Source: Dehalococcoidia bacterium (GTDB lineage: Bacteria > Chloroflexota > Dehalococcoidia > Plut-88900). From it: DNA of 64,000 bases. The notes beneath the pieces are model-generated. The model was not told where the DNA came from. It ran no database searches and saw only the letters and a program-made list of their open reading frames with translations. This document shows, piece after piece, positions 22,252-31,479 of this stretch (positions are counted from its first letter, which is position 1; each line of letters starts with the position of its first letter). A program made the translations under genes and the position numbers. Location: contig OZ240219.1 in assembly GCA_965197645.1 (NCBI GenBank), positions 608,001 to 672,000 on the forward strand, in the 5' to 3' direction.

Positions 22252-22279
22252 TTGACAGCCAAAAAGGCCCCACTATAGT
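22252..22279 (+). promoter_or_regulatory. Putative sigma70 promoter of comEA-comEC
   Basis: TTGACA-16-TATAGT. Confidence 0.6.
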
Positions 22280-22374
22280 CTTTGCCTGTTCTAAGTCCCG
22301 TGGAAGGAGAATCGGGATGATCGGGTATGAGCAGCGGGCCGGTCTCTTGGCGGACTGACGGTGGCATAACCGCA

Positions 22375-22923
22375 ATGACGCATCGAAGCATCCCTCACAC
22401 ACTGCTCCTCATTCTCGTTTCTTGCAGCGTCGTGGCTATTGCCGCGGTCTCCGGCTGCGGTGACGGCAATGGGATAGAGATCATCCTCCCTTCCCAATCG
22501 ACACCCCAGGAACTGGTGGTCTACATCACCGGCGAAGTGGTCAACCCAGGCGTCTATACCCTCGACCCGACCTCGGACCGCGTTGTCCACGCCATCGAGG
22601 CGGCGGGAGGCTTCACTGGGTCGGCGGACGTAGATGGCATCAACCTGGCAGCGAGGCTGACCGATGGCCAGCACATCAAAGTGCCGGCCGTCGGCGATAG
22701 CCCATCTCCGGCGGAGCAGACCGAGGGTTCGCTGATCGATATCAACACCGCCTCCCCGGAACTGCTGCAGACCCTGACGGGCATCGGCCCGGCCAAGGCC
22801 CACGCCATAATCGACTATCGAGAGGTCCACGGCCCCTTCGCCCGCATCGAAGACATAATCAACGTCCCGGGCATCGGAGAGGCCACCTTCGAGTCGATCA
22901 AGGACCACATAACAGCGAGATGA
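22375..22923 (+). CDS. comEA: Competence DNA receptor ComEA
   Basis: SLBB domain (GEVVNPGVY...INLA) and helix-hairpin-helix repeats (INTAS...GIGPAKA...GIGE). Confidence 0.93.
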   Translation: MTHRSIPHTLLLILVSCSVVAIAAVSGCGDGNGIEIILPSQSTPQELVVYITGEVVNPGVYTLDPTSDRVVHAIEAAGGFTGSADVDGINLAARLTDGQHIKVPAVGDSPSPAEQTEGSLIDINTASPELLQTLTGIGPAKAHAIIDYREVHGPFARIEDIINVPGIGEATFESIKDHITAR

Positions 22924-25388
22924 AGCTGGTCTATCTCAGCGCAGCGTTTCTGCTGGGGGTATTCGCCGCCTCCAGGTTGGAACCGCCAGGCCTTCCCTTC
23001 CTGATCGCCGCCGCAGCCCTGGCACCCGTGCTGTCAGGCCTCATCATAATCCGGAAACGCCCGGCGGCCCTCTGTGCTGCCGCGGCCCTGCTCCTGGCCT
23101 TTGGTCTCGCTCGTGCGGCCAGCGACGTTCCTAGCGAATCCGCACTACACCCGTATATGAATCTACCCCAGACCCAGGTGCGAGGCATCATAGATAGCTA
23201 TCCGGTGCCCCGAGACGGCCTGAGTCAGTTCTTGTTCGACGTGGAAGCGGTGAACATCGACGGCACGTGGGCCGAGGTCTCCGAGTCGGTCCTGGTGAGG
23301 GCCCGCCCCACTCCCGAGCTTGTCGGCATACGAGACCTGCCCTACTTCCGCTATGGCGACTCGTTAAGGCTCACAGGCACACTCGAGACTCCTCCGGTAC
23401 TGGGCGACTTCGACTGGCGGGACCATCTCGCCCAGGAAGGCGTCCACTCGATAATGTTCCGGCCCGAAGTAGTCTACCTGCAGGACGGCCAGGGGTTCCC
23501 GCTGATGACCTTCCTGTTCGACCTGCGAGCCCGTCTAGCTAGGAGCTTAGGCCGGACGCTGCCCGAGCCCCAGGCCTCACTCTCTCAAGCTATGGCGTTG
23601 GGACTTCGCGGCACCCTCCCCACCGAGCTGAAAGAGGACCTGGCCCGTACCGGCACCACTCACATGGTGGCTATTTCGGGACTGCACGTAGGGACTGTGG
23701 TTGGCATGGCCGGCCTGCTGCCCCGATTCCTCTTCGGCCGTGGCAGAGGCCGGGAGGTGTTCGTAGCCCTTCTGCTGCTGGTCTGGGGCTATGCACTGCT
23801 GACGGGTCTCGCTCCGCCGGTCATGAGGGCGGCGATAATGGGCAGCATCTTCCTATGGGCCACGTACTTGGGCCGCCAGCGAAGCGCCCTGCCCGCGCTG
23901 GCCGCTGCAGCGGCAGTCATGGTACTCATAGACCCGGGATCCCTGGACGAAGTCTCCTTCCAGCTCAGCTTTCTGGCGATGGCAGGCCTGATCTTGCTCG
24001 CTCCCTGGTTCAGGGTCTCCGGTCGTGCTCTCGTATCCAAGTTCCTACCTTCGGAAGGAACTGCCGCCGGCCTGGGAGTCCTGGCCATCGACGCCACAGC
24101 GATATCCCTGGCCGCCATTCTTGCTACCCTACCCGTCATAGCCTTCAACTTCCAGCAGGTAGCCCTGGTCGGTCTGCCCGCCACCCTGGCGATTCTACCC
24201 GTCCTGCCCTTTATCCTCGGCACGTCTCTGCTGGTGGGTTTCGCTGGGCTGGTCTCATCGGCACTGGCCCAGGGCCTGGGCTGGGCGGCCTGGCCGTGGC
24301 TCACCTATATGGCCGGCGCCGTCGAGCTTTTCGCCTGGGCCCCTTCCCTGTCCGTCGATGCCGGTCCCGCCTCCACCTATCTGGTATGGGCCTACTACGG
24401 GGTCGCCGCGGCCCTGCTCTGGCTGCTGAACAGAAAGCGGGGTAGATGGGTCTCAAGGCTCGGCGACCTCGACTCCGCCTGGCCTGACGTCCCTCACTCC
24501 GTGTCCGGAAGCGGGGGAGCATGGAGGTTCGCTCCCCTCTTGCTGGTCATCCCTGTGATTCTGTTCGTATCCGTCGGCCTCAGCCAACCCTCAGACCGGC
24601 TCAGGGTCACCTTTCTGGACGTTGGGCAAGGAGACGCCATCCTGGTGCAGTCGCCATCGCAAAAGACGGTCCTGATCGATGGCGGCCCCTCGCCCGCAGT
24701 CCTGGCTCTGGAGATCGGCCAGCGGCTGCCGCCGTGGGAGCGAGAGCTGGATCTCGTCATGCTCACCCACCCCGACCGGGATCACCTGGCGGGCCTCCTG
24801 GAGCTGATCACTCGATACGATGTCGGTCTGGTCGTCCAGTGTGGCCTCGACTGTGCCACCGAAGGCAATCTTTCTGGATACAGGTCCTGGCGAACCGTGC
24901 TGGATAGAGAGGGAATCGGGGTCATCGAGGCGGAGAGGGACCAGATCATCGACCTGAAGGACGGGGCCCGCATACTAGTCCTCCACCCACCACCCAATCC
25001 TCTCAGCGGCACCGAGTCCGATGGCAACAACAACTCGGTAGTCCTGCTTCTCAGCTACGGCGACGTGGCCTTCCTGCTACCCGGTGACATCGAGGCCTTC
25101 GCCGAGAGGTTCCTGGTCCGCTACAGCGACGACCTCTCGGCAACGGTGCTCAAGGTCCCTCACCACGGTAGTCGCACCTCCACAACCGCTGAGTTTCTGG
25201 CCGCGGTGGACCCCCTCTTTGCTGTGATCTCAGCCGGAGCCGACAATCCCTTCGGGCACCCCCACCCCCAGACTCTGGCGACTCTAAGGGAGCAGCTTTC
25301 CGATGCCCAGATTCTCCTCACCTCCGAACACGGCTCCATCCGGTTTGAGACCGACGGCTCCAGCCTCTGGCTATCCAACGAACGATAG
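22920..25388 (+). CDS. comEC: DNA uptake channel ComEC/Rec2
   Basis: HMVAISGLHV, SFQLSF, MBL domain DVGQGD, THPDRDH, KVPHHGS. Confidence 0.96.
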   Translation: MKLVYLSAAFLLGVFAASRLEPPGLPFLIAAAALAPVLSGLIIIRKRPAALCAAAALLLAFGLARAASDVPSESALHPYMNLPQTQVRGIIDSYPVPRDGLSQFLFDVEAVNIDGTWAEVSESVLVRARPTPELVGIRDLPYFRYGDSLRLTGTLETPPVLGDFDWRDHLAQEGVHSIMFRPEVVYLQDGQGFPLMTFLFDLRARLARSLGRTLPEPQASLSQAMALGLRGTLPTELKEDLARTGTTHMVAISGLHVGTVVGMAGLLPRFLFGRGRGREVFVALLLLVWGYALLTGLAPPVMRAAIMGSIFLWATYLGRQRSALPALAAAAAVMVLIDPGSLDEVSFQLSFLAMAGLILLAPWFRVSGRALVSKFLPSEGTAAGLGVLAIDATAISLAAILATLPVIAFNFQQVALVGLPATLAILPVLPFILGTSLLVGFAGLVSSALAQGLGWAAWPWLTYMAGAVELFAWAPSLSVDAGPASTYLVWAYYGVAAALLWLLNRKRGRWVSRLGDLDSAWPDVPHSVSGSGGAWRFAPLLLVIPVILFVSVGLSQPSDRLRVTFLDVGQGDAILVQSPSQKTVLIDGGPSPAVLALEIGQRLPPWERELDLVMLTHPDRDHLAGLLELITRYDVGLVVQCGLDCATEGNLSGYRSWRTVLDREGIGVIEAERDQIIDLKDGARILVLHPPPNPLSGTESDGNNNSVVLLLSYGDVAFLLPGDIEAFAERFLVRYSDDLSATVLKVPHHGSRTSTTAEFLAAVDPLFAVISAGADNPFGHPHPQTLATLREQLSDAQILLTSEHGSIRFETDGSSLWLSNER

Positions 25389-25445
25389 CGGCTAGGTGGG
25401 GTGTCTACTGATGCATCCGGGGGGAGGAAACGACTCTGCCGGGTT

Positions 25446-25735
25446 AACAGCCAGCCTGGCAGGATTGCCACGCCCCGACTTCGTCGAGCCTCGCAATGAT
25501 AGAGGGGGTCGTTGCGAGCGACGAGCCTGCCCGATGTCCCGCTTTCGGGGAGTCCGGAGGGCTTCCATCTGGCAGGGGATTTGGGGGATGTGCCCCCAAC
25601 TACTAACTCATTCCAAGGCGGGTCGGAGGGAAGAACCACCTGGGGTGGGGTGGGGCGAGACGATACGACTCTCCTGGGTCAACGTCCTGACCGGCTGGAT
25701 TGCCACGCCCCGACTTCGTCGAGCCTCGCAATGAC
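25446..25735 (+). repeat. Mosaic of repeats A-B-A
   Basis: GATTGCCACGCCCCGACTTCGTCGAGCCTCGCAATGA occurs twice, flanking module B (25547-25650). Confidence 0.88.
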
Positions 25736-25744
25736 AAGAGAATG

Positions 25745-25780
25745 AAAAGGGGCGGCCCCGACTAGTCGGGGCCGCCCCTT
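25745..25780 (-). terminator. Intrinsic terminator after the micro-ORF
   Basis: AAGGGGCGGCCCCGAC-ta-GTCGGGGCCGCCCCTT, ending in TTTT on the minus strand. Confidence 0.8.
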
Positions 25781-25802
25781 GAACGTACCTCAGCTATGTC
25801 GC

Positions 25803-25856
25803 CTACCTGTCCTTGGGTTTGTCGTCCGCCTTGGTGCAACCACAGCTGTCACACAT
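25803..25856 (-). CDS. 17-aa CxxCGC micropeptide MCDSCGCTKADDKPKDR (putative metal-binding)
   Basis: Purine-rich RBS AGGAAGGGGAG upstream, extended -10 TGgTATACT, terminator about 20 nt downstream. Confidence 0.7.
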   Translation of the reverse strand: MCDSCGCTKADDKPKDR

Positions 25857-25897
25857 CGCTTCCACTCCCCTTCCTAGGTAATCTGGACTAACCATAA

Positions 25898-25924
25898 AGT
25901 ATACCAACCGGCCGGTAAACTCAA
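25898..25924 (-). promoter_or_regulatory. Extended -10 promoter of the micropeptide
   Basis: TGgTATACT; TTGAGT lies 15 bp upstream (suboptimal spacing). Confidence 0.55.
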
Positions 25925-25961
25925 CCTTCGGTTAAGGAAACTGTTCGATACCGGTTTCGAC

Positions 25962-26062
25962 CCTCCCCCTGACCCCCTCCCTAGCCAGGGAGAGGGAAGA
26001 TGTTAATTCTGGGGGATACCCCCTGACCCCCAACAAAGGGGCTTCGCCCCTCTGGACTCCCC
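25962..26062 (-). repeat. Palindromic repeat, module C variant
   Basis: Reverse complement reads GGGGAGTCCAGAGGGGCGAAGCCCCTTTG...; similar to 13909-14025. Confidence 0.75.
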
Positions 26063-26135
26063 TATCAAGTCGAGTCGTCACACACCCTCGGATTAGCCAA
26101 GCGGGCAGTTCGCGGTATGCCGCTGAGCTCGTTCT

Positions 26136-27242
26136 TCAGTCCTGAAATATGTCCAGAGGCAGGAAGGCCGACACCACCACGTTCGGCAGGTCCACAACCT
26201 CGCTCAACTTCAAGTCCACCGCCACGCTGCAGATCACATACGCCTGCTCCCGGGACCAGCCCCTGTCCACCAGCACGTCGATCATGTTCACCAGCGCCTG
26301 ACGGGCCGCCAGGGTCACGTTCTCCGACTCGTTTCTACCGCCTCGAATCGGCATGCCGGTGGTTGCCAGGAACCGCTTGGGCGCCGCCATCTCCGGCGAG
26401 ATGAAGTAATCGTCCGCCTCGAACATGGGAAACCGGACTCCCTTTCGCTCGGCTTCTCCCCCTCGAACGCTGAACCGCACCGTCGGCGTGGCCGACATCT
26501 CCACCGCCGTACCGCAGCACTCGCTGTCTCCCTGGGCGAAGTGTCCATCTCCCACCGAAAACAGGGCCCCTTCGACGAACACGGGGCACAGCAATCGTGT
26601 GCCGGCGGTCAGATGTTTGATGTCCAGGTTCCCACCGTTCTCGCGGGGCGGCATGGTGCGCAGCCCCTCATTGGCGACAGGCCCTGTCGAGGGCACGGCC
26701 CCGGCCGGGTCGGGAGGCAGTGCGATCTCACCCCGCTCCTCCGTTTCCCTCTCCCTTCTGGTCGCCTCCTCCAGCAGCTCCCTGGAAGGTGCCACGCCTA
26801 TCGTGCCCATGAACGAACCGTTGGGCACTCTCACGCCGGGCAGGTCCGGTGACGTGGCGTATTGACCATCGATGTCCCACTTGACCAGGAAGGGCTCCAG
26901 GTAGAGGTCGCGCAGGAACCCGAAGGAGGGCAATATGCTGGTGAACCCCCAACGGGCCGGCTCGACGTGCCTTATCTCGATCTCCAGCAGATCGCCGGGC
27001 CGGGCGCCCTTCACATAGACGGGACCCGTAAGGGGGTGCACCACCCCTCGGTCGATGCCGTTCAGGTTCGCAGCTGTGGAATCGGGGCCTATCTGGCCGT
27101 CCAACGCGTCCCGGCACTGGAGGGCCGCCTCTTCCCCCTGCTCCACCTCCACCACAGGCGTGACGTCCGGGTGCCAGCGGTTGTGCCCCTTGTCCGGCTC
27201 ATCGGCGGCCTTCTTGGCCAGGTCCATCTCGATGGTCTTCAT
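26136..27242 (-). CDS. Acetamidase/formamidase family protein
   Basis: HNRWHPD, HPLTGP, PRENGGNLD, GDGHFAQGD.E. Confidence 0.93.
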   Translation of the reverse strand: MKTIEMDLAKKAADEPDKGHNRWHPDVTPVVEVEQGEEAALQCRDALDGQIGPDSTAANLNGIDRGVVHPLTGPVYVKGARPGDLLEIEIRHVEPARWGFTSILPSFGFLRDLYLEPFLVKWDIDGQYATSPDLPGVRVPNGSFMGTIGVAPSRELLEEATRRERETEERGEIALPPDPAGAVPSTGPVANEGLRTMPPRENGGNLDIKHLTAGTRLLCPVFVEGALFSVGDGHFAQGDSECCGTAVEMSATPTVRFSVRGGEAERKGVRFPMFEADDYFISPEMAAPKRFLATTGMPIRGGRNESENVTLAARQALVNMIDVLVDRGWSREQAYVICSVAVDLKLSEVVDLPNVVVSAFLPLDIFQD

Positions 27243-27309
27243 GCATTCCTCCATTCAGGAGATAACGGGAGCGTTCTCCAACCTTCGCACCGGACCCGTC
27301 CGATCCTCG

Positions 27310-28251
27310 CTAAAACACGGCGATGGGGTTGATCGGCGACCCTGTGCCCGCTTTGATGCGTAACGGCGCAATGTTCAGCATGAACTCCCACCTGTTTCTC
27401 TCCGCACACGCCTCCCCTACCTGCTCCAAGTTCATGTTGTCGATGAGCCAGATGCCCAGGGTGGGGATGCCGATCTGGTGGACCGCTTCGTCCAGGCCTT
27501 CGTATCCGCTGGGGTCCATGTCGTTGTTGGTGTCGGATCCCAGCATGGCGATGTCCCGCTCTCGGAACCAGGGGATGCAGGCGGCATGGGTTCCGGGGTG
27601 AGGCAGCGTCAGGTCGAGAGGGCCGTCGCCGTAGTGCCTGCCCAGGTGCCCGGTCCTGACCATCAGGATATCGCCCGGCTCCACCCGTACCCCCTGGGCC
27701 TCCTCCGCTGCCTCCAGGTCTTCGGGCAGAATGGCTGCCGCTCCTTCGAGCCACTTGACGCCTCGAAGCCGGGCTATGTCCAGCAGCACGCCCCTCGTCA
27801 CCACCCCATCTTCCAGCAGCTCCACCGACTCCACCTCCGCCCCGTCGGCGACGTTCACCAGTTTGGCCGAGTGGCCATTGTACGTTTGGCCGTCTCGGAA
27901 GACGTGGCAAATGGCGTCGACGTGGGTCACGCTGTAGCCGTGATACTCGATGCCGAAGAAGTCACCCGACCAGCCATGAGACCCCTTTTCGCCCGGATTG
28001 AGGGCCTCTCCCGTGTCGGTCATGTAGTGGATGAACTTGGACATCGGTTCGCCGGGCATGCTCTTCTGTATCGGCCAGGCGCAGGACACAGACACCCCGT
28101 CCCGGACGAGGCCAGCGGCCTGCTTGCGCTTTTCGGGGGTAACCAGGTTTACCGTCCCGAGCTGGTCATCGGGTCCCCACCTCCCCCAGTTGGAACAGGT
28201 ATCGGTGTAGGCCAGTACGTCCTCTTTCGTAGGCAATGCTCTGTCGTTCAT
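27310..28251 (-). CDS. Cyclase family (kynurenine formamidase-like) metal hydrolase
   Basis: NWGRWG.DD.LGT.N, HG...THVDA..H, RGVLLD, TGSP.NP.A. Confidence 0.9.
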   Translation of the reverse strand: MNDRALPTKEDVLAYTDTCSNWGRWGPDDQLGTVNLVTPEKRKQAAGLVRDGVSVSCAWPIQKSMPGEPMSKFIHYMTDTGEALNPGEKGSHGWSGDFFGIEYHGYSVTHVDAICHVFRDGQTYNGHSAKLVNVADGAEVESVELLEDGVVTRGVLLDIARLRGVKWLEGAAAILPEDLEAAEEAQGVRVEPGDILMVRTGHLGRHYGDGPLDLTLPHPGTHAACIPWFRERDIAMLGSDTNNDMDPSGYEGLDEAVHQIGIPTLGIWLIDNMNLEQVGEACAERNRWEFMLNIAPLRIKAGTGSPINPIAVF

Positions 28252-28282
28252 GGTCAATCCCTCCTTGATAGGGGAGTAGCAA

Positions 28283-28374
28283 TTTGTTCCCACTCGCCCG
28301 CCCTGGGACGGTTTTGTGACTGGGGGCACATCCCCCATGCCCCTGCCGGAGGGAAGTTTCCCTCCGAACTCCCT
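28283..28374 (-). repeat. Palindromic intergenic repeat, module B
   Basis: Inverted near-copy of 901-992. Confidence 0.85.
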
Positions 28375-28419
28375 CAATGAATGATTCCGACACAAGTCCT
28401 CAGGGAAGATTCTGATTCC

Positions 28420-29613
28420 TTACTTGCTCATCACCACCGTCGGCAGCTTGGACAGCATCTCCAGGCCGGTCTCCGTCATAACGAAGGTATCGATGAGGCC
28501 CACGGCTCGGGTGTCCTCATCGCTGGAGAAGATTTCGTAGTTGGTCACGAAACCGGGCTCCATCGGTTCGTCCACGAACCCTCCGCCGACGACCCGAGTG
28601 TGTCCCACCCAGTCCGGCGGCAGCGATAGGCCCACGTCGTACCCACCCCGGGCCACCTCGCCGGTAAGGCCCAGCGACGCCAGATACTCGTCGATGGCCC
28701 TACCGATGGCGGTGGGAGGATCGCCCCGCTTCACCTTGTCCTGCACGTAGGGGATGCTGTCCGCCAGCGCCTTCATCCGGTCCGTGGCCCTATCGCTGGG
28801 CTGGCCCAGGCACAGGAATCGGCACAGATCGGCATGGTATCGATTGTAGACGCCGCAGACGTCGGCGAACAGGGTCTCGCCCGCCTGCATTTGCATCCGC
28901 GTCGAAGGCTTGTGGGGCATCCTGAACCCCTCTTTGCTGACGACACACCTGATGGCCGTTTCCTCGCCTCCCGCTTTGGCCATGGCGTACTGCATCGCGC
29001 CGTTGAGCTCCAGCTCCGATACCCCCGGCTCGGCGGCGTCCAGTCCGGCCTGGATGCCGATGTCCGCTATCTCCGCCGCCTTCCTGACGCAGGCTACCTC
29101 CAGCGGCGATTTGGTCAACCCCACCGTGTCCACTATCCAGGAGCCGTCCACCACTTTGGCTCCGGCCTCCGACATCCGCTCTTCCATCCTCTGCATCATC
29201 GCCGGTGACGGAGCGAAGGCCCACTTCTCCAACCCGATGGTGCCCTTCAGCAGCCCACGGTCCTTCATCGAGTCGATTACCGTGTCCAGCTGGGGGCCCG
29301 TTGGATGGAAGGGAAAGGTGGCATAGAAGACCGCCTCGTCTATGTAGCAGAACTCGTTGGCCATCCTATCGTGGTAGGAGTCGAAGAAGAGGACCTTCTC
29401 CGAATCGGCCCGGATGATGACGCCAGTCGGCGAGGCGTGGTAGAACCAGATGATATCGAACCCGGTCAGATAGGTGATATTCCTCGGCGAGCTGACGTAC
29501 AGGGTATCGATCCCCCGCTGCGACATCCTCTCCCGCACCTTTCGCCTGCGCTCGTCATACTCTTCGTTTGGGAAGACCGCTCCAAAGGGTCTCTCGTTGG
29601 GAAGCTCAGCCAT
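28420..29613 (-). CDS. M24 (Xaa-Pro peptidase/creatinase fold) hydrolase, ectoine hydrolase-like
   Basis: NITYLTGF, KSPLEV, RYHADLCR, GY.VGL..PPDW. Confidence 0.85.
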   Translation of the reverse strand: MAELPNERPFGAVFPNEEYDERRRKVRERMSQRGIDTLYVSSPRNITYLTGFDIIWFYHASPTGVIIRADSEKVLFFDSYHDRMANEFCYIDEAVFYATFPFHPTGPQLDTVIDSMKDRGLLKGTIGLEKWAFAPSPAMMQRMEERMSEAGAKVVDGSWIVDTVGLTKSPLEVACVRKAAEIADIGIQAGLDAAEPGVSELELNGAMQYAMAKAGGEETAIRCVVSKEGFRMPHKPSTRMQMQAGETLFADVCGVYNRYHADLCRFLCLGQPSDRATDRMKALADSIPYVQDKVKRGDPPTAIGRAIDEYLASLGLTGEVARGGYDVGLSLPPDWVGHTRVVGGGFVDEPMEPGFVTNYEIFSSDEDTRAVGLIDTFVMTETGLEMLSKLPTVVMSK

Positions 29614-29732
29614 ATCGCACCTCCTGGTTATCGTTCCGGCAAGCTGAAGTATATCCGGTCGAAACAGCGCTATCCAGGCCTTTCGAGCGGGACGCCCGCC
29701 CCGATATGCTATCCTATCGGCGGTGCTCCTCC

Positions 29733-30830
29733 ATGCCCGATCAGCTCAAAACCACCCCTCTCCACTCCACCCACACGGCTCTGGGCGCCCAGATGATCGA
29801 TTTCGCCGGGTGGGAGATGCCGGCCCAGTACGATAGCGCGGTGCGGGAGCACCGCTCCGTTCGCGCCCACGCCGGCGTGTTCGACGTCTCTCACATGGGC
29901 AGAATATACGTTGAAGGCGAGGGGGGCGCCCGGCTGCTGGACCGGGTCCTGACCGCCAACGTACTCGCGCTGGAGGAGGGCCGGGCCAAATACTGCTTCG
30001 CCTGCCGGGAGGACGGAGGCGTGCTGGACGATATGATCGTATACCGGCTCGGCCCGCAGCGGCACCTGGTAGTCCCCAACGCCTCCAATCGAGAGAGGAT
30101 ACTAGCAGCCCTCGAGGAACAGGAATCGGGTATCGGAAACTGCACCATCTCCGACCGCAGCGAAGAGACGGCCATGATCGCCCTCCAGGGGCCTCGATCG
30201 CTGGATATCCTGAAGAGCATCACCTCAAAGCCCCTGGACATCCCTTCCCCGTTCCGCTGTACCTGCACCGACGTGATGGACACGAACATGCTTGTGGCCA
30301 GGACCGGCTACACCGGCGAGGATGGGGTCGAGCTGGTCATGGACTCCCAAGCGGCACCCCGGCTGTGGCAGGCCCTGACCGATGCCGGCGCCGCTCCCTG
30401 TGGCCTTGTGGCCCGGGACAGCTTACGTCTGGAGGCTGCCCTTCGTCTCTACGGCAACGATATGGACGCTAGCACCAACCCCTACGAGGTAGGCCTGGGA
30501 AGGTTCGTGGACCTGGACAAGGGGGACTTCGTGGGGAAGGAGGCGCTGGCCAGAGTCAAAGCGGCGGGGCCCTCCAGACGGCTAGCCGGCTTCGAGATGG
30601 TAGGCAGAGGGGTGCCCAGGCACGGCTTCGACATCATTCTGGGAACCGAGGTGGTGGGGCAAGTCACCAGCGGCGGGTACTCGCCCACCCTGAACAAGAA
30701 CATCGGGCTGGGCTTTGTGCCTCCCACCGCTGCCGAGAAGGGCACGGATCTGTCCATCGATATCCGCGGCCGCCAAGTGGAGGCGCGAGTCGTCTCACTC
30801 CCCTTCTACCGACGGCCCAAGCCCGCCTGA
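29733..30830 (+). CDS. gcvT: Glycine cleavage T protein
   Basis: FAGWEMP, FDVSHMG, RTGYTGEDG, RDSLRLEA. Confidence 0.96.
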   Translation: MPDQLKTTPLHSTHTALGAQMIDFAGWEMPAQYDSAVREHRSVRAHAGVFDVSHMGRIYVEGEGGARLLDRVLTANVLALEEGRAKYCFACREDGGVLDDMIVYRLGPQRHLVVPNASNRERILAALEEQESGIGNCTISDRSEETAMIALQGPRSLDILKSITSKPLDIPSPFRCTCTDVMDTNMLVARTGYTGEDGVELVMDSQAAPRLWQALTDAGAAPCGLVARDSLRLEAALRLYGNDMDASTNPYEVGLGRFVDLDKGDFVGKEALARVKAAGPSRRLAGFEMVGRGVPRHGFDIILGTEVVGQVTSGGYSPTLNKNIGLGFVPPTAAEKGTDLSIDIRGRQVEARVVSLPFYRRPKPA

Positions 30831-30831
30831 A

Positions 30832-30860
30832 TTGACAGCGGCCCCCCTGCTTGTCATTCT
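30832..30860 (+). promoter_or_regulatory. Internal sigma70 promoter for gcvH
   Basis: TTGACA-17-CATTCT with TG extension. Confidence 0.55.
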
Positions 30861-30937
30861 GTCCAGTGACGCTGCGGTCATCTCCAGGGAACACTTAGCC
30901 GGCGGGCTGCTCTGAACCGTGCAACGTGGGAGGCGCC

Positions 30938-31324
30938 ATGAATCCTGCAGACTGTAGATACTCCAAGGACCACGAATGGGTGAAGATGGAGTCCGACAAC
31001 CTCGCCATCGTCGGCATAACCGATTTCGCCCAGGACCAGCTCGGCGACATCGTCTTCGTCTACACTCCCGAAGACCTCTCGGAGGTGGAGCAGTTCAAGG
31101 CGTTCGGAGAGGTGGAGTCTCCCAAGGCCGTGTCCGAGCTGGTTGCACCCGTCAGCGGCAAGGTAATCGAGATCAACGGCGATCTTCAGGACAGACCTGA
31201 GGTAGTCAACGAGGACCCTTACGGAAACGGCTGGATGATCAAGGTAGAGCTATCGGATGCCTTGGAGCTCGACAACCTGATGTCCGCCCAGGAGTACGAG
31301 GCCATGCTCGCCGATTCCTCCTAG
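30938..31324 (+). CDS. gcvH: Glycine cleavage H protein
   Basis: HEW, GITDFAQDQLGD, ES.KA lipoyl lysine, N.DPY..GW. Confidence 0.97.
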   Translation: MNPADCRYSKDHEWVKMESDNLAIVGITDFAQDQLGDIVFVYTPEDLSEVEQFKAFGEVESPKAVSELVAPVSGKVIEINGDLQDRPEVVNEDPYGNGWMIKVELSDALELDNLMSAQEYEAMLADSS

Positions 31325-31479
31325 GGCATCAGTTGTAGAATTTCAACCCACTCGCTTCCAACGGCTTTCCAAGAACGGTTGGAGAGCCTATCCTAGCCCC
31401 GACCCGAAAACTAACAATTCTCCACGACTTCCGCTAGAATAAGGCCCAGGGCCAGCCGGCTAAAGGTGGACCAGCAATC

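Noticed and set aside
26136-27242. Functional link between the formamidase gene and the FmdB-like gene
   Set aside because: They are about 25 kb apart, and FmdB-like zinc ribbons are widespread without formamidase.
29614-30937. Glycine riboswitch before gcvT or gcvH
   Set aside because: No GGAGA...CCGAAG...CTCTCAGG aptamer pattern in either gap.
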